Source: an uncultured beta proteobacterium
Lineage (GTDB): Bacteria > Pseudomonadota > Gammaproteobacteria > Burkholderiales > SG8-39
Direction: 5' to 3'
Assembly (NCBI GenBank): GCA_963789885.1
Contig: CAWBNB010000033.1
Span: forward strand, 29,770-93,769
DNA length: 64,000 bases
Position numbers and translations under genes: made by a program. Numbering within the stretch: position 1 is the stretch's first letter; every line of letters starts with the position of its first letter. Positions 11,257 through 19,801 of this stretch are shown here, piece by piece. Under the pieces are notes generated by a model. The model worked only from the letters and a program-made list of their open reading frames with translations, was not told where the DNA came from and did no database searches.

Positions 11257-12741
11257 TCAGGCGTGCTCGCCGCCGTTGCGGTCGAGCAGGTTGAGGAACT
11301 CCCGCCGCGTCTTCGGGCCGTACGTCCGGAAGTGCGGCTCCGGGTGCTCGCGGTAGGCGAGCCGCTCGCGCGCGATGCGGTCGCGCTGCGTGTACTTGCG
11401 CACTTCCGCAGCGCTCATCGGGTACGGCCGCGTCGCGTTCAGGCCGAACACCTTCGCGCGGAGCGCGGGCGTGATCTCGGGGTAACCGTGCTTCGCCCGC
11501 AGTTCGGGCGAGATCTGGAACGTGCGGAAGGCCTGGATCTGGTCCTGCGGCGAGCCGTACCAGATCGAGTCGGTGCCCCACAGCACGTTGTTCTCGCCGC
11601 AGTACTTGAAGAGCTTGCCGAGCGCGTGTGCCGCCTGCTCGGGGTCGCGCATCAGGAACCGCCACGTGCTGCCGAGCTCGGCGTAGACGTTCGAGTTCGG
11701 TGGGATTCCGTTCTCGACCAGCGAACGGATCAGCGTGTCGATGCCGTCGCGGTTCGCGCCTTCGGCGTAGGCCTGCTCGGTGACGCCGGTGACGAACCCG
11801 GAGTGGTAGACGAGGAAGCTCACGTCGGGAAACCGCTTCGCGACGACGCCGATGTCGCTGCACTGGCTGTGCTCGTAGGACTCGCGGCCGAACGGCAGGC
11901 CCTTGTGCACGCAGATCACCTTGATGCCGAGCGCGCGCGCCTTCTCGATGAAGCGGATGCCGACGTCGTCCGACAGGAAGAAGCCCTTCCCGCCGGGGCC
12001 GAACTGCGTGTAGGTCTTCCACGCGCTGACCTTCCATCGCTGCGCGAGCTCGTCCATCCCCTCGAGGTCGCCCGGCTGGTTCGGGTTCACGCGCCCATGG
12101 ACGAGCAGGCGATGCGTGCCCTCCAGCCGGTCGACGATGCGGCGTACCGCGTCCGCCGCCTGGATCGTCACCGGCTCGGCGTCGCGCCGCGAGGGGACGA
12201 ACGACAGCACCATCAGGTCGGTGTCGCTGTCGAGGAACACGTCCTTCACGAACTCCTCCGGCCCGAGGCAGCGGAGGTGGCTGCGCGGCCCCGGCTCGTT
12301 CGCGAATGCGCACGCCGCCTTCGGCGACCACTTGAACGCGTCGGGCGCGGCGCCGCGCACCCACGCGCCGTCCGGATCGACGAAATGCCCCTGCACGTCG
12401 AAGATGAACTCGCCGTCGCCGAGCTTCGCCGCGGCGAGCTGCGGCTCGAGCGCGGCCTCGGGCTCGAGCTCGAAGAACCCGCCGCGCCGCCCGGCCGCCG
12501 CGTTGGCGGCGTTGAACGCGAGGAGCGTGCTCGCCGCGCCGCAGGCGGAAACGAGGAACGCCCGGCGGGGCAGGGCAAGGCGCCTGGCGTTGCGCGCGGC
12601 GGCCTCGTGGGCGAGGCGGTTGGCGGCCAGATTGGCCGGCGAGAGGGGGACGGGTACGAACTCGCCGTTGGACGTCGTGTCGAGCTTGATGGGGAGCCGC
12701 GTGCCGTAAGGATCGATCCGCTGCTGCGACATTTTCCGCAC
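11257..12741 (-). CDS. Amidohydrolase-family protein with twin-arginine signal
   Basis: 494-aa ORF with amidohydrolase-2-like motifs (VICVHKGLPFG, LVYHSGF, NVLWGTDSIWYG). The Tat motif LPRRAFLVSACGAAS is preceded by an N-terminal extension of about 55 aa. Confidence 0.75.
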   Translation of the reverse strand: MRKMSQQRIDPYGTRLPIKLDTTSNGEFVPVPLSPANLAANRLAHEAAARNARRLALPRRAFLVSACGAASTLLAFNAANAAAGRRGGFFELEPEAALEPQLAAAKLGDGEFIFDVQGHFVDPDGAWVRGAAPDAFKWSPKAACAFANEPGPRSHLRCLGPEEFVKDVFLDSDTDLMVLSFVPSRRDAEPVTIQAADAVRRIVDRLEGTHRLLVHGRVNPNQPGDLEGMDELAQRWKVSAWKTYTQFGPGGKGFFLSDDVGIRFIEKARALGIKVICVHKGLPFGRESYEHSQCSDIGVVAKRFPDVSFLVYHSGFVTGVTEQAYAEGANRDGIDTLIRSLVENGIPPNSNVYAELGSTWRFLMRDPEQAAHALGKLFKYCGENNVLWGTDSIWYGSPQDQIQAFRTFQISPELRAKHGYPEITPALRAKVFGLNATRPYPMSAAEVRKYTQRDRIARERLAYREHPEPHFRTYGPKTRREFLNLLDRNGGEHA

Positions 12742-12899
12742 CTCCTGGTGGCGCCGATTCTAGTTCCCCCGGCGGACCGCGGGCACTAGTACACGCCGGG
12801 ATCGAATCTCCACCTCGGCCTAATCCCTAGGTTGGAAGTCGCGGCCCCCGGGCGGGCGTAGCGTTGCTTCCAAGGGTTCGGCAGGAAAGTGGGGACGCC

Positions 12900-13268
12900 A
12901 TGAAACGCAACGATCGGGATCGCCAGCGCGCGATCTGGAATCTCGCCTTCGCCGCGGTGGCCGCGCTGATGCTCGGCGGCTGGACCGCGTCGCGGGCGCA
13001 CGCTAGCCAGCTCGAGCTCAATATCCAGAACGCGAGCGGCCGGCCGATCGTGCTCGTCTACGTGTCGCCCGCGACGGTCCGCAGCTGGGGTGACGACGTG
13101 CTCGGCCGGCCCGACCTGCCGAACGGCGAGAGCGCCCGGATCAGCCTGTCGGACCGGGCGCCCACCGCTTCCTGCCAGTGGGACGTCAAGTTCGTCTACC
13201 GCGGCGGGACGAGCGCGGTGAGCCGCGCCAACCTCTGCAGCGGCGACCCGGTCATCGCGCCGCGCTGA
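12900..13268 (+). CDS. Small exported hypothetical protein
   Basis: Lies in ORF 12864-13268, with the start at ATG 12900. N-terminus MKRNDRDRQRAIWNLAFAAVAALMLGGWTASRAHA looks like a signal or anchor. Two Cys residues (..ASCQWDVKF.., ..NLCSGD..). I recognise no family. Confidence 0.5.
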   Translation: MKRNDRDRQRAIWNLAFAAVAALMLGGWTASRAHASQLELNIQNASGRPIVLVYVSPATVRSWGDDVLGRPDLPNGESARISLSDRAPTASCQWDVKFVYRGGTSAVSRANLCSGDPVIAPR

Positions 13269-14694
13269 GCGCTCCATCGCGCAGGACCGCGCGGGCGGCG
13301 TTCGCGCCCGGCGCGCCCGCGATCCCTGCCCCCGGGTGCATCCCGGTGCCGCAGAGGTACAGCCCCGCGATCGGCGTGCGGTAGCGCGCGAGCGCCGGAA
13401 TCGGCCGCATCCACAATAGTTGGTCGAGCCCGAGCTCGGCCTGGTGTGCCTGGCCGCCGGGCCAGCCGTAGTCCCGCTCCAGATCGACCGGTGAGCGCAC
13501 GCGCCGCTCCACGATCGACGCGCCGAGATGCGGGGCGAGCGCCCGGACCACGAGCTCGCCGAGCTCGGCGCAGCGCGCATCGTCCCACCGGCCCTCGGCC
13601 AGGTCGTAGGGCGTGTACTGCACGTGCACCTCGACGCGCGCGCCGTCGCTCGTCGCCTCGAGCCAGGGCGCCCTCGAGACCCGGCCGTACTTCGCGTCGT
13701 CGTGCGCGCGCTCGAGGTGATCGAGCGAGGGCGCGAGCACCAGGGTTGCGAAGCCTGGCGACCGGTCGAGCGTGAGCGTCACCCGGGCGACCACGCCGCG
13801 CGCGCGGATCGCACGCACCGCACGCACGAGGGCCGGGTCGAGCCACCCCGGATCGACGAGCTCGAGCAGCGTGCGCTTCGGGTCGGCGCCGGAGATGACG
13901 ATCGCCGCCGCGATCTCTTCACCGCTGGCGAGGACGACGCCGGTGGCGCGCCCCTCGTGCACGTCGATGCGCACGACTTCCGCTCCGGGGCGGATCTGGA
14001 TGCCCGGCAGGCCGGCGAGCGCGCGCCGGAAGTTCGAGCGCGGCGGGCGGAAGACACCGGGCGGGCTGCCGACGTGGCGATGCAGCAGACCGAACGCGGT
14101 CCCCCCCGAGCGCGGACCCTGCGCGAGATGCATGACGCCCGCCGCCGCGAGCACGCCCTTCAACGCGTCGCTCTCGAACCAGTCGTCGAGGAGATCCGCG
14201 ACCGGCATCGGGAGCGTGCGGAGCAGGTCCTCGATGCCCTGTCGCCCGAGGCCGCGCGCGCGCAGCGCAAGGCCGGCCAGCTGCGCGAGGTCGCGGGTCC
14301 CGCGCGCGAGCGGTTCGGGCGGCGGCGCGAGATACATCGATTCGAGCAGCCGCGCGAGGCGCGCCATCCGCTCGCAGAACCCTGGCCAGTTCGCCGCGTC
14401 CCCAGGGCTCAGGGCGCGGATCGACTCGGCGGAGCGCGCGACGTCGTTCCAGAGCTCGAGGCGGCCGCCGTCGGGCAGCGGCACGGTCGCCCACGGATCC
14501 GCGCGGACGATCTCCAGGCCCCGCCCCGCCAGGCCGAGCTCGCGCACGATCGGCTCCGGCACCCAGCCGATGCCGGCCGGCGCGTCGTCGGCGGTCGGCG
14601 TGAGGACGAGGACGCGATGCCCGGTGCGCGCGAGGTAGTGGGCCGCGACCAGCTCGTTCGCGCCCGCTCCGATGACGACCGCCGGCGCGCTCAC
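13252..14694 (-). CDS. NAD(P)/FAD-dependent oxidoreductase, phytoene-desaturase (CrtI-like) family
   Basis: 480-aa ORF. N-terminus MSAPAVVIGAGANELVAAHYLARTGHRVLVL is a dinucleotide fold, and C-terminal LYLCGTGMHPGAGIAGAPG is typical of the family. Confidence 0.8.
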   Translation of the reverse strand: MSAPAVVIGAGANELVAAHYLARTGHRVLVLTPTADDAPAGIGWVPEPIVRELGLAGRGLEIVRADPWATVPLPDGGRLELWNDVARSAESIRALSPGDAANWPGFCERMARLARLLESMYLAPPPEPLARGTRDLAQLAGLALRARGLGRQGIEDLLRTLPMPVADLLDDWFESDALKGVLAAAGVMHLAQGPRSGGTAFGLLHRHVGSPPGVFRPPRSNFRRALAGLPGIQIRPGAEVVRIDVHEGRATGVVLASGEEIAAAIVISGADPKRTLLELVDPGWLDPALVRAVRAIRARGVVARVTLTLDRSPGFATLVLAPSLDHLERAHDDAKYGRVSRAPWLEATSDGARVEVHVQYTPYDLAEGRWDDARCAELGELVVRALAPHLGASIVERRVRSPVDLERDYGWPGGQAHQAELGLDQLLWMRPIPALARYRTPIAGLYLCGTGMHPGAGIAGAPGANAARAVLRDGALSAAR

Positions 14695-14703
14695 GGTGAC
14701 GCG

Positions 14704-15948
14704 TTACGGCTCCAGGTTCTTCGACACGGGAAAGTCGCGCGAGTAGACCGGGCTCGCGAGGAACGCCTTCGGGTCATAAGTCCAGAACTGGCTCACCTGC
14801 GGGTAGGTCTTTACCACGGTGTTCACCAGCTTCCCGCCCTTGCGCTCGACTTTCCGGATGTAGATGTTCATCACCGGGTTGCCGTACTCGTCCATCCGCC
14901 AGTCGCCGCGCGGATCCCTGACGGCGCCCGGGTTGCGGAGCGCCTTGATGAAGGCGTCCTTGTCCTCGACCTTGCCGTTCACCGCCTTCGCGGCCGCCTC
15001 GACGAGCGCGCCGGCGGAGTAGGCGCCGAGCGTGTAGTAGCCGGGATCGGCGCCGTACTCCTTGTTCACCGCCGCGACGAAGCGTGCGTTCTCCGGCGAC
15101 TCGATGCCGGCGGCGTACCAGCCGCCGGTCACGACGCCGAGGGCTTCGTCGCCCATCTGCTTCAGGATCCCCTCGTCGGCGGTGGTCATGCTGCCGAGCA
15201 CCGGGAGCTTCATGCCGAATTCCTTGTACTGCTTGAGGAACCGGAACCCGTTCGCGCCGGCGAAGCCGGCGTAGACCGCGTCGACATTGGGCTTGATCTG
15301 CGCGATGTACGTGCCGTAATCGGGCACGTTGAGCGGCGACCAGAGCTTCTGCACCACCTTGCCGCCGTTGTCCTCGAACACCCGCTGGAACCCGGCCGCG
15401 GTCTCGTGGCCGTAGGCGAAGTCGTCGGCGATGATCACCACCCGCTTGTAGCCGAGGTCCTTCGCCGCGTACTCGCCGAGCGCGTGGTTCGGCTGCGCGG
15501 AGCTCGCCGCGCTGCGGGTGAACCAGGGGTTCGACTTGCGCTGCGTCAGGTCCTCCGCCGCGGCCGAGCAGGAGACGATCGGCGTCTTCGTCTGGCGGAT
15601 GTAGTCGTCGATCGCGATCGCCTCGAACGCGGCGAGCGGGCCGATGATGACGTGCACCTTGTTCCGCTCGACGAGGTCCTGGGTCTTGGTGCGGGCGCCC
15701 GCCGGGTTGCCGCCGGTGTCCGCGATGATCAGCTCGACTTTCCGCCCGGCGATCGTGTTGTTGCGCTCCTTGAGGAAGAGCAGGATGCCTTCCTCCATCT
15801 GCTTCCCGCCGGCGGCGAGCGGACCGGTGCGCACGGTCAGGAAACCGATCCGGATCGGCTCGCCTTGCGCAGCCGCAGGCGCGGGCAGCGCGGCGAGCGG
15901 CGCGACGGCGAGCGCAGCGAGCAGGGCACGGACGAAGTTGCGACGCAT
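14704..15948 (-). CDS. ABC transporter substrate-binding protein (Leu/Ile/Val-binding, LivK-like)
   Basis: Lies in ORF 14704-16047. I moved the start to ATG 15948, which has GAGGAG upstream. The signal peptide ends AAAQGEPIRIGFL; type-I periplasmic binding fold. Confidence 0.8.
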   Translation of the reverse strand: MRRNFVRALLAALAVAPLAALPAPAAAQGEPIRIGFLTVRTGPLAAGGKQMEEGILLFLKERNNTIAGRKVELIIADTGGNPAGARTKTQDLVERNKVHVIIGPLAAFEAIAIDDYIRQTKTPIVSCSAAAEDLTQRKSNPWFTRSAASSAQPNHALGEYAAKDLGYKRVVIIADDFAYGHETAAGFQRVFEDNGGKVVQKLWSPLNVPDYGTYIAQIKPNVDAVYAGFAGANGFRFLKQYKEFGMKLPVLGSMTTADEGILKQMGDEALGVVTGGWYAAGIESPENARFVAAVNKEYGADPGYYTLGAYSAGALVEAAAKAVNGKVEDKDAFIKALRNPGAVRDPRGDWRMDEYGNPVMNIYIRKVERKGGKLVNTVVKTYPQVSQFWTYDPKAFLASPVYSRDFPVSKNLEP

Positions 15949-16056
15949 TGGAAGGCTCCTCTGGTTTGAGCTGGCGTAGCGCGCGTCTGGTGGCGCGAGT
16001 GCGGCGGTTAGGCTAGCAGCCTTCTCCGGGATGTCAACTCGACGCATCGCGCCCGG

Positions 16057-16791
16057 CTAGCGCGGATCGCGCTGCTCGATCACCGCCACCCACGGCCGGT
16101 CGTCGCGCGCGAGCAGCAACCCGCGCTCGTCCACCGGGAAGCGGGCGAGCGCCACGGTGTCGCCCACGTTCCCGCCCACGACCTCGATCCCGCCCCCGTT
16201 CGCGTTCACGACCAGGTCGCAGTGGTAGGGACCGCGGCGCAGCGAGGCGAAGTCGGTGACGGCGTCCGACCGGGAGACGCACACCAGATCGCCGACCCGC
16301 GGCGCGTACGCGCGCGGATCGCGCGCGACGAACCGCGCACCGCCGCCGGCCGCGAGAAACCGCTCGATGTAGTCCCAGTGCAGGACGGTGGGCGGGAACT
16401 CGTCCGGCGTCAGGCCGGCGCTCCGCGCGAGCCACGAGATGAACGCCGCGGACCAGGGTTCCAGCTCGCCCTGGTCGCCGACGATCGGTGAGCGGCTCAC
16501 CGCGTACCAGTACATGAGCACCCGCGACAGCACCGCGGGCTGCGCTTCGTGCGTCGCCGACCCCTCGAACGCGACCTGTGGGGTGCCGTTCGCGTCCCAT
16601 ACGACGACCGCGCGACCGAAGAGCTCCCACTCCTGCTGCGCGAGGAAGACCATACGCGCGCGCATGCTGGGGACGGCGAAATTGGGCACGATCGAGGCGT
16701 TCGGCGTCAGCGGCGGCGGCCCGAGCGGGCGCGTGGTCGTGCAGCCGGCGGCGAGCAGCGCGGCACCGAGGAGGAGGGGTACGAGTCGCAT
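16057..16791 (-). CDS. DUF2272-like lipoprotein
   Basis: Lies in ORF 16057-16836, with the start at ATG 16791. N-terminus MRLVPLLLGAALLAAGC contains a lipobox. Body motifs: PWSAAFISWLARSAG, GDLVCVSR, HCDLVV. Confidence 0.6.
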   Translation of the reverse strand: MRLVPLLLGAALLAAGCTTTRPLGPPPLTPNASIVPNFAVPSMRARMVFLAQQEWELFGRAVVVWDANGTPQVAFEGSATHEAQPAVLSRVLMYWYAVSRSPIVGDQGELEPWSAAFISWLARSAGLTPDEFPPTVLHWDYIERFLAAGGGARFVARDPRAYAPRVGDLVCVSRSDAVTDFASLRRGPYHCDLVVNANGGGIEVVGGNVGDTVALARFPVDERGLLLARDDRPWVAVIEQRDPR

Positions 16792-16961
16792 AAAGGTTTC
16801 CGATGGGCCGAGAGCCCGTATTTTTCGGCCGCCCATCGCTCACCCGCACGCGGGGCTTCGCGCGCACCGACTCGCGTGATTGACCGCTGTCCTTTGTTTA
16901 GGGTAAACCCCAATCGACGGGAATGGGGAGTTTGAGGCCCAATCCCATTTAGGAGGAGGCC

Positions 16962-18230
16962 ATGAAGATCAACTCGAAAACATTGACTGTGAACAGCCCA
17001 TCGCGGCGCCGGATCATCGCCGGCGCGGCCGGCGCGGGCGCACTCACCGCGCTCGGGCTTTCGCGCGCGTTCGCCGGGCCGGTCGGCAGCATGGCGGCGC
17101 TCGGCTTCGCCGAGCTGCCCGACGGCACGCTCGCCGAGCAGACGCTCTTCGCGCTGCCCGGGAAGGTGCCGCTGATCAAGAAGACCTTCCGGCCGCCCAA
17201 CTTCGAGACGCCGGTGAAGTACTTCCGCACCGCGATCACGCCGAACGACGCGTTCTTCGTGCGCTATCACCTCGCGGGCATCCCGGAAGTGAACGCGCGC
17301 GACTGGTCGCTGACCGTCGCCGGCGACAGCGCCGAGCGCACGCTCAAGTTCACGCTGGCCCAGCTGCGCAAGGAGCTGGCCGCCGCCGAGATCACGGCGG
17401 TATGCCAGTGCTCGGGGAGCCGCCGCGGGCTGTTCGAGCCGCACGTCGCCGGGGTCGAGTGGGGCGTCGGCGCGATGGGGAACGCGGTCTGGCGCGGCAT
17501 ACGCCTGAAGGACGTGCTCGCGAGGGCCGGCGTCAAGGCGGGCGCCGTCGAGGTGGTGTTCGACGGTGCCGACCACGCCCCGCTCGAGAAGACGCCGGAC
17601 TTCGTGAAGTCGCTCCCGGTCGAGGTGGCCCTCGACCCGAACACGCTCATCGCCTTCGAGATGAATGGCAAGCCGCTGCCGCACTGGAACGGCGGGCCGG
17701 CGCGCCTCGTCGTCCCGGGGTGGACCGGCACCTATTGGGTCAAGCAGCTCTCCCGGATCAGCGTCGTCTCGAAGCCCGAGTCGAACTTCTGGATGAGCAC
17801 CGCGTACCGGCTGCCGCGCGGGCTGTTCAAGACGCCGACCTTCAAGTCGCAGCTGTACTCGCCGAACGAGCCGATCACCACCATGGTGGTGAACTCGCTC
17901 ATCACCTCGCTCGAGAACGGTCAGCAGATCCCGCACGGCAAGCCGATCGAGGTGCAGGGCATCGCCTGGGACGGCGGCTCCGGGATCGCGCGGGTGGAGG
18001 TCTCCACCGATCTCGGCGCGAGCTGGCAGGCGGCGAAGCTCGGGAAGGACCTCGGGCGCTTCTCGTTCCGGGAGTTCGCACTGTCGGTGCCGACCAGGGA
18101 ACCCGGCGCGCGGGTGGTGATGGCGCGGGCGACGGGAAACTCCGGCGAGACGCAGGTCGAGCGCCTGATCTTCAATCCCGCCGGCTATCACCACAACGTG
18201 ATCCAGCGCCTGTACGTCGAGATCGCGTGA
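16962..18230 (+). CDS. sorA: Sulfite dehydrogenase, molybdopterin subunit (SorA-like, sulfite-oxidase family)
   Basis: 422-aa ORF with Tat leader SRRRIIAGAAGAGALTALGLSRAFA. The Mo-ligand Cys sits in the context AVCQCSGSRRG, followed by ARLVVPGWTGTYWVKQL and a C-terminal dimerisation region. Confidence 0.85.
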   Translation: MKINSKTLTVNSPSRRRIIAGAAGAGALTALGLSRAFAGPVGSMAALGFAELPDGTLAEQTLFALPGKVPLIKKTFRPPNFETPVKYFRTAITPNDAFFVRYHLAGIPEVNARDWSLTVAGDSAERTLKFTLAQLRKELAAAEITAVCQCSGSRRGLFEPHVAGVEWGVGAMGNAVWRGIRLKDVLARAGVKAGAVEVVFDGADHAPLEKTPDFVKSLPVEVALDPNTLIAFEMNGKPLPHWNGGPARLVVPGWTGTYWVKQLSRISVVSKPESNFWMSTAYRLPRGLFKTPTFKSQLYSPNEPITTMVVNSLITSLENGQQIPHGKPIEVQGIAWDGGSGIARVEVSTDLGASWQAAKLGKDLGRFSFREFALSVPTREPGARVVMARATGNSGETQVERLIFNPAGYHHNVIQRLYVEIA

Positions 18231-18241
18231 GGAGACCCACG

Positions 18242-18529
18242 ATGCGAACCCTCGTTTTCGTTCTCGGGCTCTCGGTCGCGGCCGTGGCGCTGGCGCAGGA
18301 GTCGAAGGTCCAGCTCGTGGACGCGCCGGGCAAGGACAAGGCGATGCAGTGCATCGCGTGCCACAGCGTCGACTACATCCAGATGAACTCGAAGTTCATG
18401 GACAAGGCCGGCTGGACGGCGTCGGTCAACAAGATGATCAAGGTGTTCGGCGCGCCGATTCCGGAGAGCGACGTCGAGCCGATCGCGACCTACCTCGCGC
18501 AGCACTACGGCAAGGCGCCGGCGAAGTAG
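18242..18529 (+). CDS. sorB: Monohaem cytochrome c subunit of sulfite dehydrogenase (SorB-like)
   Basis: ATG 18242 lies 11 nt after the sorA stop, and GAGGAG overlaps that stop. Sequence MRTLVFVLGLSVAAVALA is a signal peptide, and CIACH is the haem motif. 95 aa. Confidence 0.75.
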   Translation: MRTLVFVLGLSVAAVALAQESKVQLVDAPGKDKAMQCIACHSVDYIQMNSKFMDKAGWTASVNKMIKVFGAPIPESDVEPIATYLAQHYGKAPAK

Positions 18530-18544
18530 GCGCGGGGCCTGGCG

Positions 18545-18570
18545 GCGCGGCGGGTCCGTCCCCGCCGCGC
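18545..18570. terminator. GC-rich hairpin between the convergent sorB and benE genes
   Basis: Perfect 10-bp stem GCGCGGCGGG / CCCGCCGCGC with loop TCCGTC. On the plus strand GTTTTGG follows a few nt after the stem. Confidence 0.4.
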
Positions 18571-18571
18571 G

Positions 18572-19795
18572 TCAGCGTTTTGGCGCGCGAAAGTCGCCGC
18601 GCTCGAGCAGCCACGAAGCCGCGAAGCCGAACACGAGCCCCCAGAACGGTGCGCCGATGTTGAGGATCGCCACGTCGGCCACCGTCACGAGGAACGTCAC
18701 CAGCGCGCCGAGCGTGAACCGGTCCCTGAACGAGATCGTGAACGCCGTCTGGAGCACCCGCAGCATCGCGAGCCCGGCGAGCGCCGCGATGAACGCCTTT
18801 GGCGTCGCGAGCATCAGCCCGACGAACAGCGGCGAGGCGAGGCCGAAGCCGAGCGCGAGGATGCCGACCAGGATGCCGGCGATGTAGTGCCGGGACTTCT
18901 CGCCCGCTGCCGAGATGATCGCGTTCACCGGCCCGGTGAGGCAGGTCGATACCGTCCCTACGAACGAGGTGACGATCGAGCCGGCCCCGCAGGCCACGGT
19001 TATCGCGTTGATCGGCGGCTGATGCCCGGCGGCGCGGAGGATCGCGATGCCCTGGCCGTTCTGCACCACGAGCACGGTGATCGCCAGCGGGACGACGAGC
19101 TCCAGCATCGCCGGCCAGGAAAGCGCCGGCACGTACAGGTTCGGGCGCGCGAGGCTCCAGGCCTGCGCGCCCGACGGGTCGAAGCGGCCGAGCGCGGCGA
19201 CCAGCGCAACGCCGACTATTAGCGCGCCGATCAGCGGCGGCATGATCCGGCCGAGCCGCGGCCACGCGCTGAGGCCGACGAACGTCGCGGCCATCGGGGC
19301 GGCGATCCAGAAGTCGTCGCGGACCGCGTAGACGAGATCGAGCCCGAAGCGGAGGAATACCCCCGCCACCATTCCCATCACGATCGGCATCGGCACCGCT
19401 TCCATCGCCCGCCGCACCCAGCCGGAGAGGCCGAGGAGCAGCATGAGGACGCCGGTCGCGAGGAACGCGCCGACCACCTCGGGGAAGGTCAGGTGCCCGA
19501 GCGCCGGGCCGACGAGCACCGTCCCCGGGATCGTCCAGAAGAACACGAGCGGCTGGCGGTACAGCCAGGAGAAGCCGATGCTGATGAGCCCGTTCACGAA
19601 GAACGAGCCGAAGATCCAGGACGAGAGGTCCGACGCGGTCAGGCCGCCGCGCGTCCCGACCGCGAGGATGATCGCGACCGGTCCCGACGCCGCGAAGATG
19701 AACCCGACCAGCGCGTTGACGGCGTAGACGCCGCCGAGGTCGGCGAGCGCCTCTCCGGGAGAAGGCGGCGGCGCGGCTGGCTTCTCGAGCGGCAT
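18572..19795 (-). CDS. benE: BenE-family benzoate/H+ symporter-like transporter
   Basis: 407-aa polytopic membrane ORF with a BenE-like N-terminal region (GVYAVNALVGFIFAASGPVAIIL...LVFFWTIPG). Confidence 0.75.
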   Translation of the reverse strand: MPLEKPAAPPPSPGEALADLGGVYAVNALVGFIFAASGPVAIILAVGTRGGLTASDLSSWIFGSFFVNGLISIGFSWLYRQPLVFFWTIPGTVLVGPALGHLTFPEVVGAFLATGVLMLLLGLSGWVRRAMEAVPMPIVMGMVAGVFLRFGLDLVYAVRDDFWIAAPMAATFVGLSAWPRLGRIMPPLIGALIVGVALVAALGRFDPSGAQAWSLARPNLYVPALSWPAMLELVVPLAITVLVVQNGQGIAILRAAGHQPPINAITVACGAGSIVTSFVGTVSTCLTGPVNAIISAAGEKSRHYIAGILVGILALGFGLASPLFVGLMLATPKAFIAALAGLAMLRVLQTAFTISFRDRFTLGALVTFLVTVADVAILNIGAPFWGLVFGFAASWLLERGDFRAPKR

Positions 19796-19801
19796 CGGCG
19801 C

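Noticed and set aside
13528-15969. 813-aa plus-strand ORF
   Set aside because: It is antisense to the CrtI-like oxidoreductase and the LivK-like binding protein. It has no motifs, and its composition is an artefact of rare stop codons.
16812-16838. GGGC-cgaga-GCCC hairpin followed by GTATTTTT, considered as a terminator
   Set aside because: The stem is only 4 bp, and no plus-strand gene ends upstream. It lies in a divergent promoter region.
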